The notes: generated from the letters alone by a model not told the origin. 63,364 nucleotides of DNA, filler included, from Octopus bimaculoides (GCF_001194135.2; 7 parts of 5 records of this genome joined end to end with filler, not necessarily neighbours in it), one strand, 5' to 3'. Positions 47,945 to 60,289 are shown, counted from the first letter of the whole stretch. Translations and numbers: made by a program.

Positions 47945-49355
47945 CAGCGACGACATCAACAACACCATCGTTCAACTACGAACTACAAGCATCGCCACCG
48001 ACGTCGCCAGCAGCAACACGACTCTACGACTACCAGCATCGCCGCCAGCGTCAACATGACTCTACACGTACACAAGCTACCAACAGCTAACCGAAGTTTC
48101 TCTTCTCAACCCTGTTTGTGTGATTTCTTCACCACGAAAATTAACAGCCAGAATTTAGCCTGCGAAGAACATCTGTATTCAAGAACCCGGCCCAGAATAG
48201 AAGCCCTAACATCATGACGAGTGATCGCTCTGCCCTAACGCTTTAACTTCTTATATACAGACACTTACCACTGTGTACTCTAACAAAGAACTAGTATAAA
48301 TTCTTATCCGTGTTACTGACTCTTATCAATACTATGTATCTCTCGCATTCACATACATGTATTACTCGCACACACTCTTTTCTTTACATGACAGCCTGTC
48401 TTATATTGTGTTTTATTATGTCGCATTCACACACACACAGACATACGATCTAATGCTCTAATAAATCTTACTGTTATTCATCTCTATCGGTTGGTTCAAT
48501 ATTGTTTTCCTTCTGGCATTTCTAAGTTCTCTATGTTATAGAATTATAACATAATATCATCATTTATATTTTGTGTTTGGCCGTGTGATGCGTTTAAAAA
48601 AAGGAGCCTGTTTTTCCATTTGTCACCATTTCTCCTTTTGGTTCGCACGGTCGTTCTTAAAAACTGGTGACCGCCGACGTGTTACGATTCATACAGCTTT
48701 CTGATCCGTACAGCCGACGTGATACGATTCATACAGCTTTCTGATCTGTACAGCCGACGTGATTCGAACACGCATAGCTTCTCTTAAAATGGTGACTAAA
48801 TGCCAGTATAGTACCAACCGTTCTTTAAGTTTTTTCACTACTATTATTTCCTATTTCGAATGTTTGTCTTTGACAAACCGACTGGTGCGAAGCTAGTGTA
48901 GTGAAACTACCTCTATCGCCATTATAAATATTAACAAATGCGAGCGTAGTAGAAGGCATCTCTTTCCCTGTCATCACCTGACTGACTATTCTTTGCGCAG
49001 GTAAATTATCTCCATTTGCAGCCAGGACGCAAACTGACCAACCATAGCCTCTAATAAGGTCACGTGAGAGTGTTTCTTCTAATGCTTTCCTGGAGCCCCT
49101 ATTTTCCTATAAATAGCCTAAATTATCCCCACCAATTCGTCGCGGCTCAGATCTTAGATCTGGTCGTTCTGACCACACACGAGTAACACAGCACCAACCA
49201 GCCAGCCAGTTTCCAGCGACGACATCGACACCATCGTTCAACTACGACTACCAGCATCGCTGCCAGCAGCAACACGGCTCTACGACTACCAGCATCACCG
49301 CCAGCGTCAACATGACTTTCTACACGTACACAAGCTACCAACAGCTACCCGCAGC
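47945..49355 (+). mobile_element. Non-coding LTR retroelement (TRIM/LARD-like): 5' LTR, tRNA-Trp PBS, short internal region, partial 3' LTR
   Basis: Direct repeat 47945-48093 / 49214-49352. AATAAA at 48460, PBS TGGTGACC(G)CCGACGTG at 48665, second LTR start TGTAGTG at 48897 and TATAAATA at 49108. Confidence 0.7.
48665..48783 (+). promoter_or_regulatory. Primer-binding site complementary to tRNA-Trp, expanded as 40-bp tandem units
   Basis: Units lie at 48674-48713, 48714-48753 and 48754-48783. CCGACGTGATTCGAACACGCA matches the reverse complement of the conserved eukaryotic tRNA-Trp(CCA) 3' end as I recall it. Confidence 0.8.
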
Positions 49356-50339
49356 TTTTCAACTTAGTGGTAAAGACACCCCCACAAGAGAGTACTCCTG
49401 AAATAGAANNNNNNNNNNNNNNNNNNNNNNNNNNNNNNNNNNNNNNNNNNNNNNNNNNNNNNNNNNNNNNNNNNNNNNNNNNNNNNNNNNNNNNNNNNNN
49501 NNNNNNNNTGTGTCCGTGGAGGACTCAGAGCAATTTGAAACAAGTCGAGTCTCTCCGGTGAATGAAGGCAGGCTTGGCAACGCACACATATTGGTAATGA
49601 TTCTGTCAAAGGTGAAATAGGAAGAAACAATAACGAAAAACGTATAAAATATACAAAAGGCCAAACAAATTTCACCGCAAATGGGAAAGGAAACACACTA
49701 TTTTTTTCTGTACCCTTTTGTTTTCCTCTGTAATGTATGTGCACAATAAGAACAAAATGGAAAAGGAAAGAAGAAAAAGAAATATTCGCTAAAAAAAAAC
49801 AAAAAAAAAAACAATGTGGTTGCCTTCTGTATTTTTTTTTGTATTGTTTTTCTTTTTTTTTTTGTAGTGTGTTTGGTTGTGNNNNNNNNNNNNNNNNNNN
49901 NNNNNNNNNNNNNNNNNNNNNNNNNNNNNNNNNNNNNNNNNNNNNNNNNNNNNNNNNNNNNNNNNNNNNNNNNNNNNNNNNNNNNNNNNNNNNNNNNNNN
50001 NNNNNNNNNNNNNNNNNNNNNNNNNNNNNNNNNNNNNNNNNNNNNNNNNNNNNNNNNNNNNNNNNNNNNNNNNNNNNNNNNNNNNNNTTTTTTTTTTTTT
50101 TTTTTTTGAAAACCCACTTTGACGTGCTGAAAGGAAATGGAAAATAACAGTCAGAAAGAAAGAAAGAAAAACGTCTGTGTTAGCTTGGCACAATGTGAGT
50201 TTGTGTAGTCGGAAATGCTATAGAGTCAATATCTCACTGTGAAATTGTTTGCGTGAAAAACCACAAAGGTCTTAGTAGGAAAGAAGTCTTTGTTTATAGG
50301 CTCTGTCAGTCATTGACGAAATAAAAAGCTTTATCGTAG

Positions 50340-50914
50340 AAAAAAAATTTTTTAGCTTTTACTTGTGTTTGATGAGAATGTAGAGGCAATCCTGATGTTG
50401 AACGTCGCGAAGCATACAAATTCAATGGCTGTTGAAATGAGGTCCGTAGATCCTTTAGCTCGAGGTACCAATTGTAGTATTATTGTTCGCAGTTCAGATT
50501 TTCGTGGCTGCGGTTCTCGTCTTCGGGGTCACCACTTTAGGAAAGTGGGTTGTACATCATTAGATGTACACCTAACTTTCCTATGTTAAATTAGAAGTGA
50601 AATGAACGCAGAAACTCCAATCTGATCAACAACAACAAATATTTATTTATGGAGGTAAATAAAACAGCTTCCAATTGTCCGAGTAGCCTGAAATGTAGAT
50701 GTATTGTTCCTCGAGCTGGTGTCGTTGTAGAGACAACTTCGTTCAACCACGCTCAAATGAGAGAGCCTGCTTAGACGTCTTGCTTGGTCGCTGTCTGCGG
50801 GTAAAAGAGACAGAATAGAAGCGGGAACGCTTGGATGTTGAAATCCACGCACGCGTGGATAAGGATTCAGCAATGGCGACTATGCCTTTTTGGCGCCAAT
50901 ATGACGTCACTACA
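50340..50914 (-). mobile_element. Second LTR element: about 380-bp LTR, tRNA-Trp PBS and start of internal region
   Basis: On the minus strand the LTR starts TGTAG (50914) and ends CCTAAA (CTACA expected) near 50537. AATAAA lies near 50645, the PBS TGGTGACCCCGA at 50534-50523, and a U5 hairpin at 50541-50580. Confidence 0.7.
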
Positions 50915-50969
50915 CTTCTTTATGTACAGATTTTTGAAACACTACTGCAAAAACTAGAAACATCGGGAT

Positions 50970-51350
50970 ATTCCCTGAGGACTAAGATGAGGATGATTTG
51001 TATTGGCTTATGCGGACGACAGCACTATAATAGTGAGTGGCACCAAGCTCATCCAGGTGATCGGCACCGCTCTAATGGACCACGAGGTTGTGACAGGAGC
51101 CAAAATCAACCAGGAAAAGTCGGTAGGCATACAATTCGACATTTGAAAAGGTAGGTCTATCCCGTCCAACTGCACCATGTGGCGCTAGACAAACGGACCG
51201 GTGAAATTACTTGGTTTCGGTTTGAATTTTGTTCAGTGGAGAAGTACGACGAGGTGACGGGCAAGGTGGCCGGTCTAATTCAGAAATGGATCGGGAGAAA
51301 GCTATCCCTGAAAGATCGGGCAGAAGTGGCAAACGCCTGCCTCGTCTCTG
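50970..51350 (+). mobile_element. Tx1-clade LINE RT remnant
   Basis: VTGAKINQEKSVG... and EKYDEVTGKVAGLIQKWIGRKLSLKDRAEVAN form the L1/Tx1 RT thumb motif. Confidence 0.75.
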
Positions 51351-51852
51351 GAAGAACGACCGTGCGAACTCAAAAAGGAGAAATGGTGACGAATGGAAAA
51401 AACAGAGGACTCCTTTTATTTAAACGCGTCACACGGTCGAACAAACAAAATAATATATCAATGATGATATACAAATAATGTTATACTTCGATAACATTAG
51501 TGAATTCGTAAATACCAGTAATGAAGAGACGATAGAAGGCAACCGTATGTAATGAATAACAGAGATATTTATTATGGCGTTAAAGATGTATGTGTATGTG
51601 AGTGAGTGTGAATGCGACATATAATAACATAATCAAAGACAGGCCGTCGTACAAAGAAAAGTGTGTATGTGAGTGATACNNNNNNNNNNNNNNNNNNNNN
51701 NNNNNNNNNNNNNNNNNNNNNNNTTAATTAATTAANNNNNNNNNNNNNNNNNNNNNNNNNNNNNNNNNNNNNNNNNNNNTTTAAATATTAACCATTAAAA
51801 CACCTCACGAAGTTAAGGATTTATTTCAGCATCATATTATTAACTCATAGTG

Positions 51853-52225
51853 GATGCACAATGGTTAAGGCATCGGACTCGTGGTGGTAGGTTCGCGGTT
51901 TTGATTCCCAGACCGGGCGTTGTGAGTGTTTATTGATCGAAAACACGTAAAACTCCATGCGGCTCCGTCAGGGGATGGTGGCGAACCCTGCTGTACCCTT
52001 CCACCACAACTTTCTCTCACTCTTTCTTCCTGTTTCTGCTGTACCTGTATTTCAAAGAGCCAGCCTTGTCATACTCTGTGTCACGCTGAATCTCCCCGAG
52101 AATTACTTTAAGGGTACACTTGTCTGTGGAGTGCTCAGCCACTTGCACGTTAATTTCACGAGCAGGCTGTTCGTTGATCGGATCAACTGGAACCCGCGTC
52201 GTCGTAACCGACGGAGTGTCACGAT
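51853..52225 (+). mobile_element. tRNA-derived SINE, same family as 21341-21720
   Basis: Colinear along its full length with 21341-21720. Confidence 0.9.
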
Positions 52226-52384
52226 TAACGCATATAATTTAGCACTTGACAGGAAAGTTGACTAAGATAGCTGATTTAGTTTCGATATTACGGTACTCCT
52301 ATTATTTGAAAGGATAATTTCGATGGTATGTGCGAGATTGAAAATATCAAAATTGTTTGACACATAAGCTCCACTTGAAAGCAT

Positions 52385-52415
52385 CTATCTATGTATGCAT
52401 GTGTGTGTATGTACG

Positions 52416-52446
<31 letters not shown>

Positions 52447-52640
52447 GCATCTATGTATGCGTGTATGTATGTACGTATTATGCGTCTATGTATGTATGTA
52501 GGTATGTATACTTGTATGTATATATGTAAGCATCTATGTAGGTAAGCATGTATCCATGTATGGATGTTTGTATCTATGCATATATGTATGCATGCATCTA
52601 TGTATGTATATGTGTATGTATGCATCTATGTATATATCTA
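52385..52640. repeat. Degenerate (TATG)n microsatellite
   Basis: Seen directly. Confidence 0.9.
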
Positions 52641-52659
52641 TCTATTTCTCTTTATATAT

Positions 52660-52905
52660 AAGTAGATTTGGTAGACAGAACTTGAAAGAAGTCCGTCTTA
52701 TGTGTGTGTGTATTTGCGCCTGCGTGTGTACCCCACCACCGCTTGACAACCGGTGGTTATGTCCCCTTAACATAGCGGTTCGGCAAACAGTTTGTTAGAA
52801 TAAGTACTAGTCCTGAGATCGATTCGTTCGCCTAACACGCTTCAAGATTGTGCTCCAACATCGCTGCTGTCAACAGATTGAAACAATTAAAAGAATAAAA
52901 GAATA
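52660..52905 (+). mobile_element. SINE 3' half
   Basis: gatttggtagacagaacttgaaagaagtccgtc...ccaccgcttgacaaccgg...gaaacaattaaaagaataaaagaataa. Confidence 0.8.
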
Positions 52906-53345
52906 AATGAATATATTTTTGAAGTGAAAGGAATATTCACAAGTAGATCATTTCTATCTGTCAAAAATCCATGTACTACGCTGAATTCTATTTCTACCGA
53001 TAACGAGCATTCAAACTTGTTTGAAAATGAATTGCAACACGTACAACGTAATATTTATACACGCACAAACACACACACACACAAAGACGCGCGCGCGCAT
53101 ACACGTACAGACACACGCATACACGTACACGCTCACACATAAACTAGCAAATGTATGCTCGTGCCTGGGTATTCGATTATTGGGATTTGTAAGGCCATTT
53201 TGTTAATAGAATCGTAGGTTCCGTTCTGTTTTGCTTCTTCATAATTTGGCAATGTTGTGACAGACACAGAACAGATGAGTAACGTTCTTGGTAGCTTAAT
53301 AAATGGTGAAAAAAGAAATATGGCAAACCAACTGATTAATAATAA

Positions 53346-53379
<34 letters not shown>

Positions 53380-53380
<1 letters not shown>

Positions 53381-53793
53381 GTTGTTTGACCTTAACCAGT
53401 TGAGCATGTCCCTTAGTGGCTGACGATATGTGCATCTCTGATCATGAGCAGAAGTAGTGGGGGAGCATCATAGCCATGTATTGAGAAGAATAATTTGGGG
53501 TTTGAATAATTCACTTTTGGAAACATGGGTGTTTTGCTCAACATCCTTAATCAAACCTTATTCAGGGACCTTTTGAGCGGGATGGGCTACTCGACCTGAA
53601 GAAAATTCTAACTGGGCCCCACCTGCGAGGTCATGCGCTGTTTATCTTGATATGAGATCACCATGTCGCGCACATATGGTTGTGATGCATGTGCCTGGTG
53701 TACCCTTATCAGACGGGTAGTCATGATGGGTATAATGGGCTTCTTATATTTTACCCCAGTGTCACTTTGATGGCATGCACTGCTCTCTCACTC

Positions 53794-53794
<1 letters not shown>
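53380..53794 (+). mobile_element. Retroposed repeat (LINE 3' end or SINE) flanked by (AAT)n on both sides
   Basis: Higher-GC island between the (AAT)n runs at 53338-53378 and 53795-53830. It ends ctgctctctcactc-aataataat. Confidence 0.55.
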
Positions 53795-53831
<37 letters not shown>

Positions 53832-54009
53832 GAAGAAGANNNNNNNNNNNNNNNNNNNNNNNNNNNNNNNNNNNNNNNNNNNNTTAATTAATTAANNNNN
53901 NNNNNNNNNNNNNNNNNNNNNNNNNNNNNNNNNNNNNNNCTTTCTCTCTCTCTGAAAGTATCTGTCATTACAGTATCGAAATGTGATTGTTTCAGTTAGT
54001 GGAATAGTT

Positions 54010-54272
54010 TCATTTTAAAAGTGAAAGTATTTGACATGAGTGTTTTTGTTTCACTTTTGACACGTAATACTTAAATAGTGGAGGAGATATTATGTTGCCG
54101 TGGGCTCGAACTCTGCAAGAAGTTAAAAAATTGTTTTTACTAAAACACAACTGGAACCCTAAGTAAGGCATGTGTAAAATTTGAATGAAATTGGTTGCGT
54201 AGTTCTCGAGTTTTAGGGATACACACACACACGCACACACAGACAGACAGACATTCTCATTTTTATATAGAT
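54010..54272 (-). mobile_element. Helitron 5' fragment, related to 5078-6086
   Basis: The minus strand begins A|TCTATATAAAAATGAGAATGTCTGTCTGTCTG and shares gtattacgtgt.aaaagtgaaa with about 5198-5220. Confidence 0.65.
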
Positions 54273-54754
54273 TATGCATACTTTACCTTGATTTTTCTCT
54301 TGTTTATTATTATTTTTAAATGAGCAAATGGAATTTAGATATGAAAATGTTTTTAGTTTATAGCAAGTGTGTTTCGTAAACGTAGAATATTTTATAGACG
54401 GTTACGTCATCTCCAAATGAATTTTCCAGATTCTTTGTCCCGATTCACATGAAGAAACGTTGAAAGTTTTTCTGTTACTTCCACATCGTACCAGATTATA
54501 TCTGAATAAGTGGGAAAATCGTTTGACGTCAAATTCTTTATGACACAAAATACCGTCAATTATTGCATCTTTTTTCCTATTTAACTAGGCAAAAATCTTT
54601 TTTTTTATTGGAGTAAATAAGAAAATTTATTAACGTCCATGCCTTTCACAAAACCATTGAAAGCATACGTGGAATAAACTGACTACGACAGAAAAGTTGA
54701 AGTTTCACTAGTTCGCTGGTTAATGGCTTTTTCTACAGAAATATGGTGATATAT

Positions 54755-54950
54755 TAGTTTCAGTTTTTGGCACAAAGCCATCAACTTCGGGGAAGGGGGC
54801 TAGTCGATTTCTTCGACCCCAGTACTCAACTAAGAAAGGATGAAAGGTAAAGTCGATTTCGGCGGAATTTTAACCAACGTAAAGAGGGATGAAATGCCTT
54901 CAAGCATTTTTTTTACCAGCGTCTTTACGACTCTGCCTGCTCGCCGCATT
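54755..54950 (-). mobile_element. SINE
   Basis: Reverse complement of the family core: aggatgaaaggtaaagtcgatttcggcggaattt. Confidence 0.8.
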
Positions 54951-55132
54951 AATATGGTAATGCAGCGACAGATAATCTCAAAGCTAGTTGAGTAAAATAT
55001 CCACTTAAAAAGCTAGCATAAATATTTTTTACCGTTTTAGTTTTGTCTCTTTACGTTACGAGTTCAAATTCTGTTAGTCAAATTTATCTTTCGCCATCTC
55101 AGGCCAATAAAATGAATAAACATGCTGTAAGG

Positions 55133-57126
55133 CAGGGGTCGGCAACTTCTTTGCCTCCACGGGCCTGATCGAGTATTAATGACGGATAGCGGGCCGGATG
55201 AAGGTCATAAAAGAATTATAGAAAATTACACAAGCTAAAATTTAATCACAAGTGTTGACTATGCTTTAAAATAATTTGTATTAACCACAGATGAATGTAG
55301 TAATGGAAAAACACCATTTATTCAATCCAAGACATCATTGAAATCATTGGTTTAAAAAATACATAGCAGCCAAAAAATTAATGGGAAACTTGATGTTTTT
55401 TGTTCCTTGAAAGCTTCTCAATATTAGGCTTCAAACTTGTTGATGCCAAGAGCAAGATATTATCAAGATGATTATCAGTTAATCTTGTTCTCAAATTGTT
55501 CTTAGTTTGTTTCAATTTGGAAAATAATTGCTCACACTGATAAGTACTTCCAAACAAAGATGCCACTAAACTGGTATACTTCCCACTTGGAAAAATATAT
55601 TTTGCATAGAAGTCAGTCAATGAAACATCTTTAGAATGAAATTTATATCTCAATAAGTCGTCACACTGCATATCAATCAATTCCATTTGAAAACATTCTA
55701 ATACTGTTGCAAACAATGCTGTAGCAAACAATCTAAACTGATTGGCATGCAGACACGAGTCAGCAAAACGTGATGCAAATTAATTTCTCAAATCCTGGAT
55801 TATATTCACAAATACCTCTGAATCCTGTGGTATCCTTTAAATAATGGAAAATGCACATAATTTTTATTTCGAAGTTGATGTTCCCACAACTGTTGCTTTA
55901 TTTCAAAGGCAACAATATGGTTATATACTTCATTTACGAGCTGAGTTTTACCTCGAAGTTGTAAGTTTAAGTTATTTAAATCAGTCACAATATCCACCAG
56001 AAATACCAAAGTTGCAAGCCAATCAGGATCTCTATAATGAACTATCCACACGTTTGCTTTCGAGAAATATCGCCATCTTTTTGTGTAAGGCAAATACTCT
56101 TTTTAGCATCGATCCTCGGCTAAACCACATACATCACAGAAATAAGCACGGTCATCATATTCTGCCTCAGTATCTAGCAAAAACTGTTTAAATGGAAGAT
56201 CATTTAACCCACGAGATTCACGACCTTCACAACAATATCCATAACATTCTTAAATTCCAAAAAATTGGCACACAGTGTCTCTTGATGGGTAATGCAATGA
56301 ATTTTAACAAGTTTATGTATGATGCCAAGGCTTTATATATGTTTTTGCAGTAGCGCAGCAAAGCCTTTTTTTTTTTTGTCCTACCATTGCTGGGGTACCA
56401 TCAGTTGTGATGTTAATTAGCTTCGAAAAAATCAAATTTCATTTCTGATATCATTTTCAACAAAGCTTCAAAGATGTCTGCTCCGGTTACGGTTTCCTTC
56501 ATAGGAATTAACTGAATAAATTCTTCAAAAGGTCTGAAAAGTTGAAGTCATTCCTCGCACAAAGACAGCAAGTGTCACTTAAGACTGTACTCTCATCAAC
56601 AACAAGTAAAAATTATTGTAATTCATTGTAGGCGTTGTTTAATTGATTTTTAACATCTGACATTTCTTCAACTCGCTGTGTGACCGTCCTTGGAAACAGC
56701 TGATAGTTACAAACAAAAACTATTTTTCAGGACAAACAATATCCAACACTGCCAATAAGCAGTCTTAAACAAAAAATCATCTGTAAAAGGTTTCAGCTTT
56801 TCAGCCAAACGTTTTGAGACTTCATAGCCGGCAATTTTATTTGCCACATTTTCGCTTTTTCTGTTAAAAAAAACAAAAAAATTTTGCTTTCCTAAACTAG
56901 ACTTCAACCACTCAACTTCATCTTTCTTTGTTTCGCCAGTAAATGTCCTAAAATTTTCACAACGGTGCGTCTCGTAATGTCACCTAATATTTGCTACCTT
57001 ATTTACAGCAATGCTTTCTAGACATATGAGACAAAGCGTGTTCCCATTGTGCTCAATGAAGAAGTAATCTGATGTCTAAGTTTCTTGGAAAATTCGGCAT
57101 TTAGCATCTACCTTTCTTCTTTTTCT
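55133..57126 (-). mobile_element. hAT (SPIN/Charlie, GTF2IRD2-like) transposon with a whole transposase pseudogene
   Basis: TIR CAGGGGTCGGCAAC at 55133. The minus strand gives KKRRKVDAKCRIFQ...CLICLESIAVNK...HYETH (zf-BED), DWLATLVFLVDIVTDLNNLNLQLRGK and SLFGSTYQCEQLFSKLKQTKNNLRTRLTDNHL (hATC). The 5' TIR is lost to a SINE and a gap. Confidence 0.92.
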
Positions 57127-57329
57127 CTTATTGCCCACAAGGGGCTAAACATAGAGGGGACAAACAAGGACAGACAAAGGGATTAAGTCGATTACATCGA
57201 CCCCATTGCGTAACTGATACTTAATTTATCTACCCCGAAAGGATGAAAGGCAAAGTCGACCCCGGCGGAATTTGAACTCAGAACGTAACGGCAGACGAAA
57301 TACTGCTAAGCATTTCGTCCGGCGTGCTA
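57127..57329 (-). mobile_element. SINE (tail variant ...tgtttagccccttgtgggcaataa)
   Basis: Reverse complement of the 57523-57750 family. Confidence 0.9.
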
Positions 57330-57433
57330 NNNNNNNNNNNNNNNNNNNNNNNNNNNNNNNNNNNNNNNNNNNNTTAATTAATTAANNNNNNNNNNNNNNN
57401 NNNNNNNNNNNNNNNNNNNNNNNNNNNNNATAT

Positions 57434-57465
<32 letters not shown>

Positions 57466-57522
57466 GTAGATAGATAGATAGGTAAATAGTTAGATATATA
57501 CAAATATACAGTTATATATAAT

Positions 57523-57750
57523 GGCGGCGATCTGGCAGAATCGTTAGCACGCCGGGCGAAGTTCTAGCTGTGTTTCATATGCCGGTACGTTCTGAGTTCA
57601 AATTCCGCCGAGGACGACTTTGCTTTTCATTCTTTTGTGGGTCGATAAAATAAGTACCAGTTACCCATTGGAGTCGATGTAATGGACTTAATCCCTTTGT
57701 CTGTCCTTGTTTGTCCTCTCTGTGTTTAGCCCCCTATGGGCAATAACGAA
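57523..57750 (+). mobile_element. SINE, full length
   Basis: ggcggcgatctggcagaatcgttagcacgcc...gagttcaaattccgccgagg...tttagcccctatgggcaataacg. Confidence 0.9.
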
Positions 57751-58011
57751 ATATGTATGTGTGTGTGTGTGTATGCATGTATATATATATATGTATACAC
57801 ACAACCATATATATGAAAATATTGTTATTAGTAGATGTAGCTGAAGAGACTCAAGTACTTTTGGCACTAAACTCGAAATCACGATACCAGGTTAACTGGC
57901 ATTTCTTCTTGACTGTAAAAATCTAGTGTTAATTCTTGTGATTCGGAGTATTTTTGACTCCTACTTCTCGCAAAGCTGGTACTTGTTAGTGCTCTTGTTA
58001 TACATAATTGT

Positions 58012-58053
<42 letters not shown>

Positions 58054-59084
58054 TATATATATATATATATATAAAAATATATACATATATATTTATAAAT
58101 ATATACATATATATATATATATATATTAATTTTGCCTATATGGTTTTAAGCTTCCTTACGTTGATGCCTCAGCATGGCAGCTGTCTAATAACTGAAACAA
58201 GTAAAAGATAAAACATAAATATACATATTATACTTTGTACACTTAAAAAGAATTGAAGTGAAATGCGTCAGGGGATACATAAGAATCGCAATATTGTAGT
58301 AGGTTACAACAAAAAAAGAACATGTGATTATTATTTGTGGTGTGGAGAAGGAATGGGAGGATGGGGGACACTATCATCCTCCCAATCAGAGGACGATTTT
58401 ATAGTCGTCGTCATCAACATCTACTTGAAAAGTGAAGAATTTATCAAAAATTTGTTAACGCATATTCTTTTTGTACAGCTCAGTAAAGTAACTGAAGTTA
58501 TTGTAGTTTTATGCCTTTGTAATGTTTAAGTTACATTCAAATTCCTACTAACAACCCCAATATATATGTGCCAACAGCTTTCGCAATATTCTTTGCAGTC
58601 AACTTAAGTGTTGTCTTGGAAGTTTCGTATTCACATCTGCATTCTCAGATTGTTTTTGTCCTCACATTTGATCCTCGTTACATTGACTCTGAGGCACTAT
58701 CGACTCACACGCATTACCCTCAATGACTTCTTCAAATTGTAGCGGTGTCTGTGTTCGTTGTATTGGTTTTCTTGGTGGTGATGTTCGTGACGGTTATGGG
58801 CTACTTTTTGCAGGGGCGATGTTCAAAATGTTCTTGTTTCTGTAGTGTTGTTGCTATTCAGTTTCAAGTCAATTTTCTTATTAACTTAAGATCAAAGACA
58901 TTCCATTCAAAATTTAAGATAGAGTACCACAGCAACTCATGTGATTGATATTTTAAATTTCAGATGGAGTTGTTATGTTATTCATTGTATTGTTGGTGTT
59001 ACTGTTGTTAGTGATGGGGAGTTACTGGTTTTATAATGTCGTTGTATTTGCTTTTGATGATAGATAGTGTTGTTAGTGATAGTG

Positions 59085-59345
59085 TTTCGGGGCTGCTTTC
59101 ACGATTGATGGAAGTCATGGAGCTGAATTAAGGACAAGATGTGCAGGAGCTGGTACAGTAATGCGTCGGCTTCAACATTCGATCATTAGAAGGGAGGAAG
59201 GTTGGTGTAAAAGCCAAATCCACAATCTTCAGTTCAGTGTTCGTGACTATCCTTACCTATGGTCATGAATCTGGGGTAATGAACGAAGGAATGAAATAGC
59301 GAATACAAACGGTGGAGATAGATTGTATATTCTCCAACTTTGTCC
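59085..59345 (+). mobile_element. RTE-type LINE RT fragment
   Basis: GAAFTIDGSHGAELRTRCAGAGTVMRRL...SVFVTILTYGHESGVMNEGMK*RIQTVE. Confidence 0.7.
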
Positions 59346-60289
59346 GACTTACGGCTTGAGCGAAATTATAACCGTATCTAGAAATTCGTGGTCATATTCA
59401 CAATGTTCTTTAGCACGAAATCACGTAATATTAGACAAGCATAACACGGGAGCGCCTGTACATACATACATGCATACATACATACATACATACATACATA
59501 CATACATACATACATGCATGCATACGTACATATGTATGTATATACATATACATATATATGTATACAAATTCTGACGTCTTACCTAGATGGTCAATTACTA
59601 TTATTTATGGATCATCACTTATTCCACGCGCCACATTTCTAATTAGCCAACACAAGATCACTTTTGATATAGTTGCTATTGTCAATGAAGTTGGTTCCAA
59701 ACTGTTTCTTTTAATTATATTTATCTATTTACAGGTGAAAGTCAAGTATTAATAAATGTAGTGATGCTATATAGCATAAGCATGAAAACCAATATTTTCA
59801 GTTAGAAAGAGGAAAACGAGACTTCATATTGACACTTCCCTTCCCTGGGATTGATCTGGGAATTGAATTAGCTTACACCAAGGATTAATGCTAATTTAGA
59901 TGAGCGACAATCCGGTTCTCAAGTTTATCATAATAATATCATGCGTAACTATCAGAGGACGATTTTATATAAGCTGAAACTCAAATTCACTTTTGAACTC
60001 TAGAATACGAAGAGGACATCAACTAGGTTATCTAAGTCAGTCTGTGGATTCATTTAGGTCAAAAACAATGCATGAGACAATATATTCCATCGTCTTAAGA
60101 ATTTCTTTTGGCACAAAGTGTTCATTTGCTCTAGTAATCAATGTATTATTAAACTTATCTGTGGCGCTTATTTTCCCCTTACCCAGAGAAGAACAAAACA
60201 CAAAAGTCGATGTGTTATGGTTTTGCAATAGGTACAATCCTGTTTAAACGAACGAATACTATATTAGCACACCTTACGCCGGTAGAATC

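Noticed and set aside
48665-48783. Minus-strand tRNA-Trp gene or pseudogene
   Set aside because: Only the 3' half is present, it includes the post-transcriptional CCA (TGG), and it sits at an LTR boundary. It fits a PBS, not a gene.
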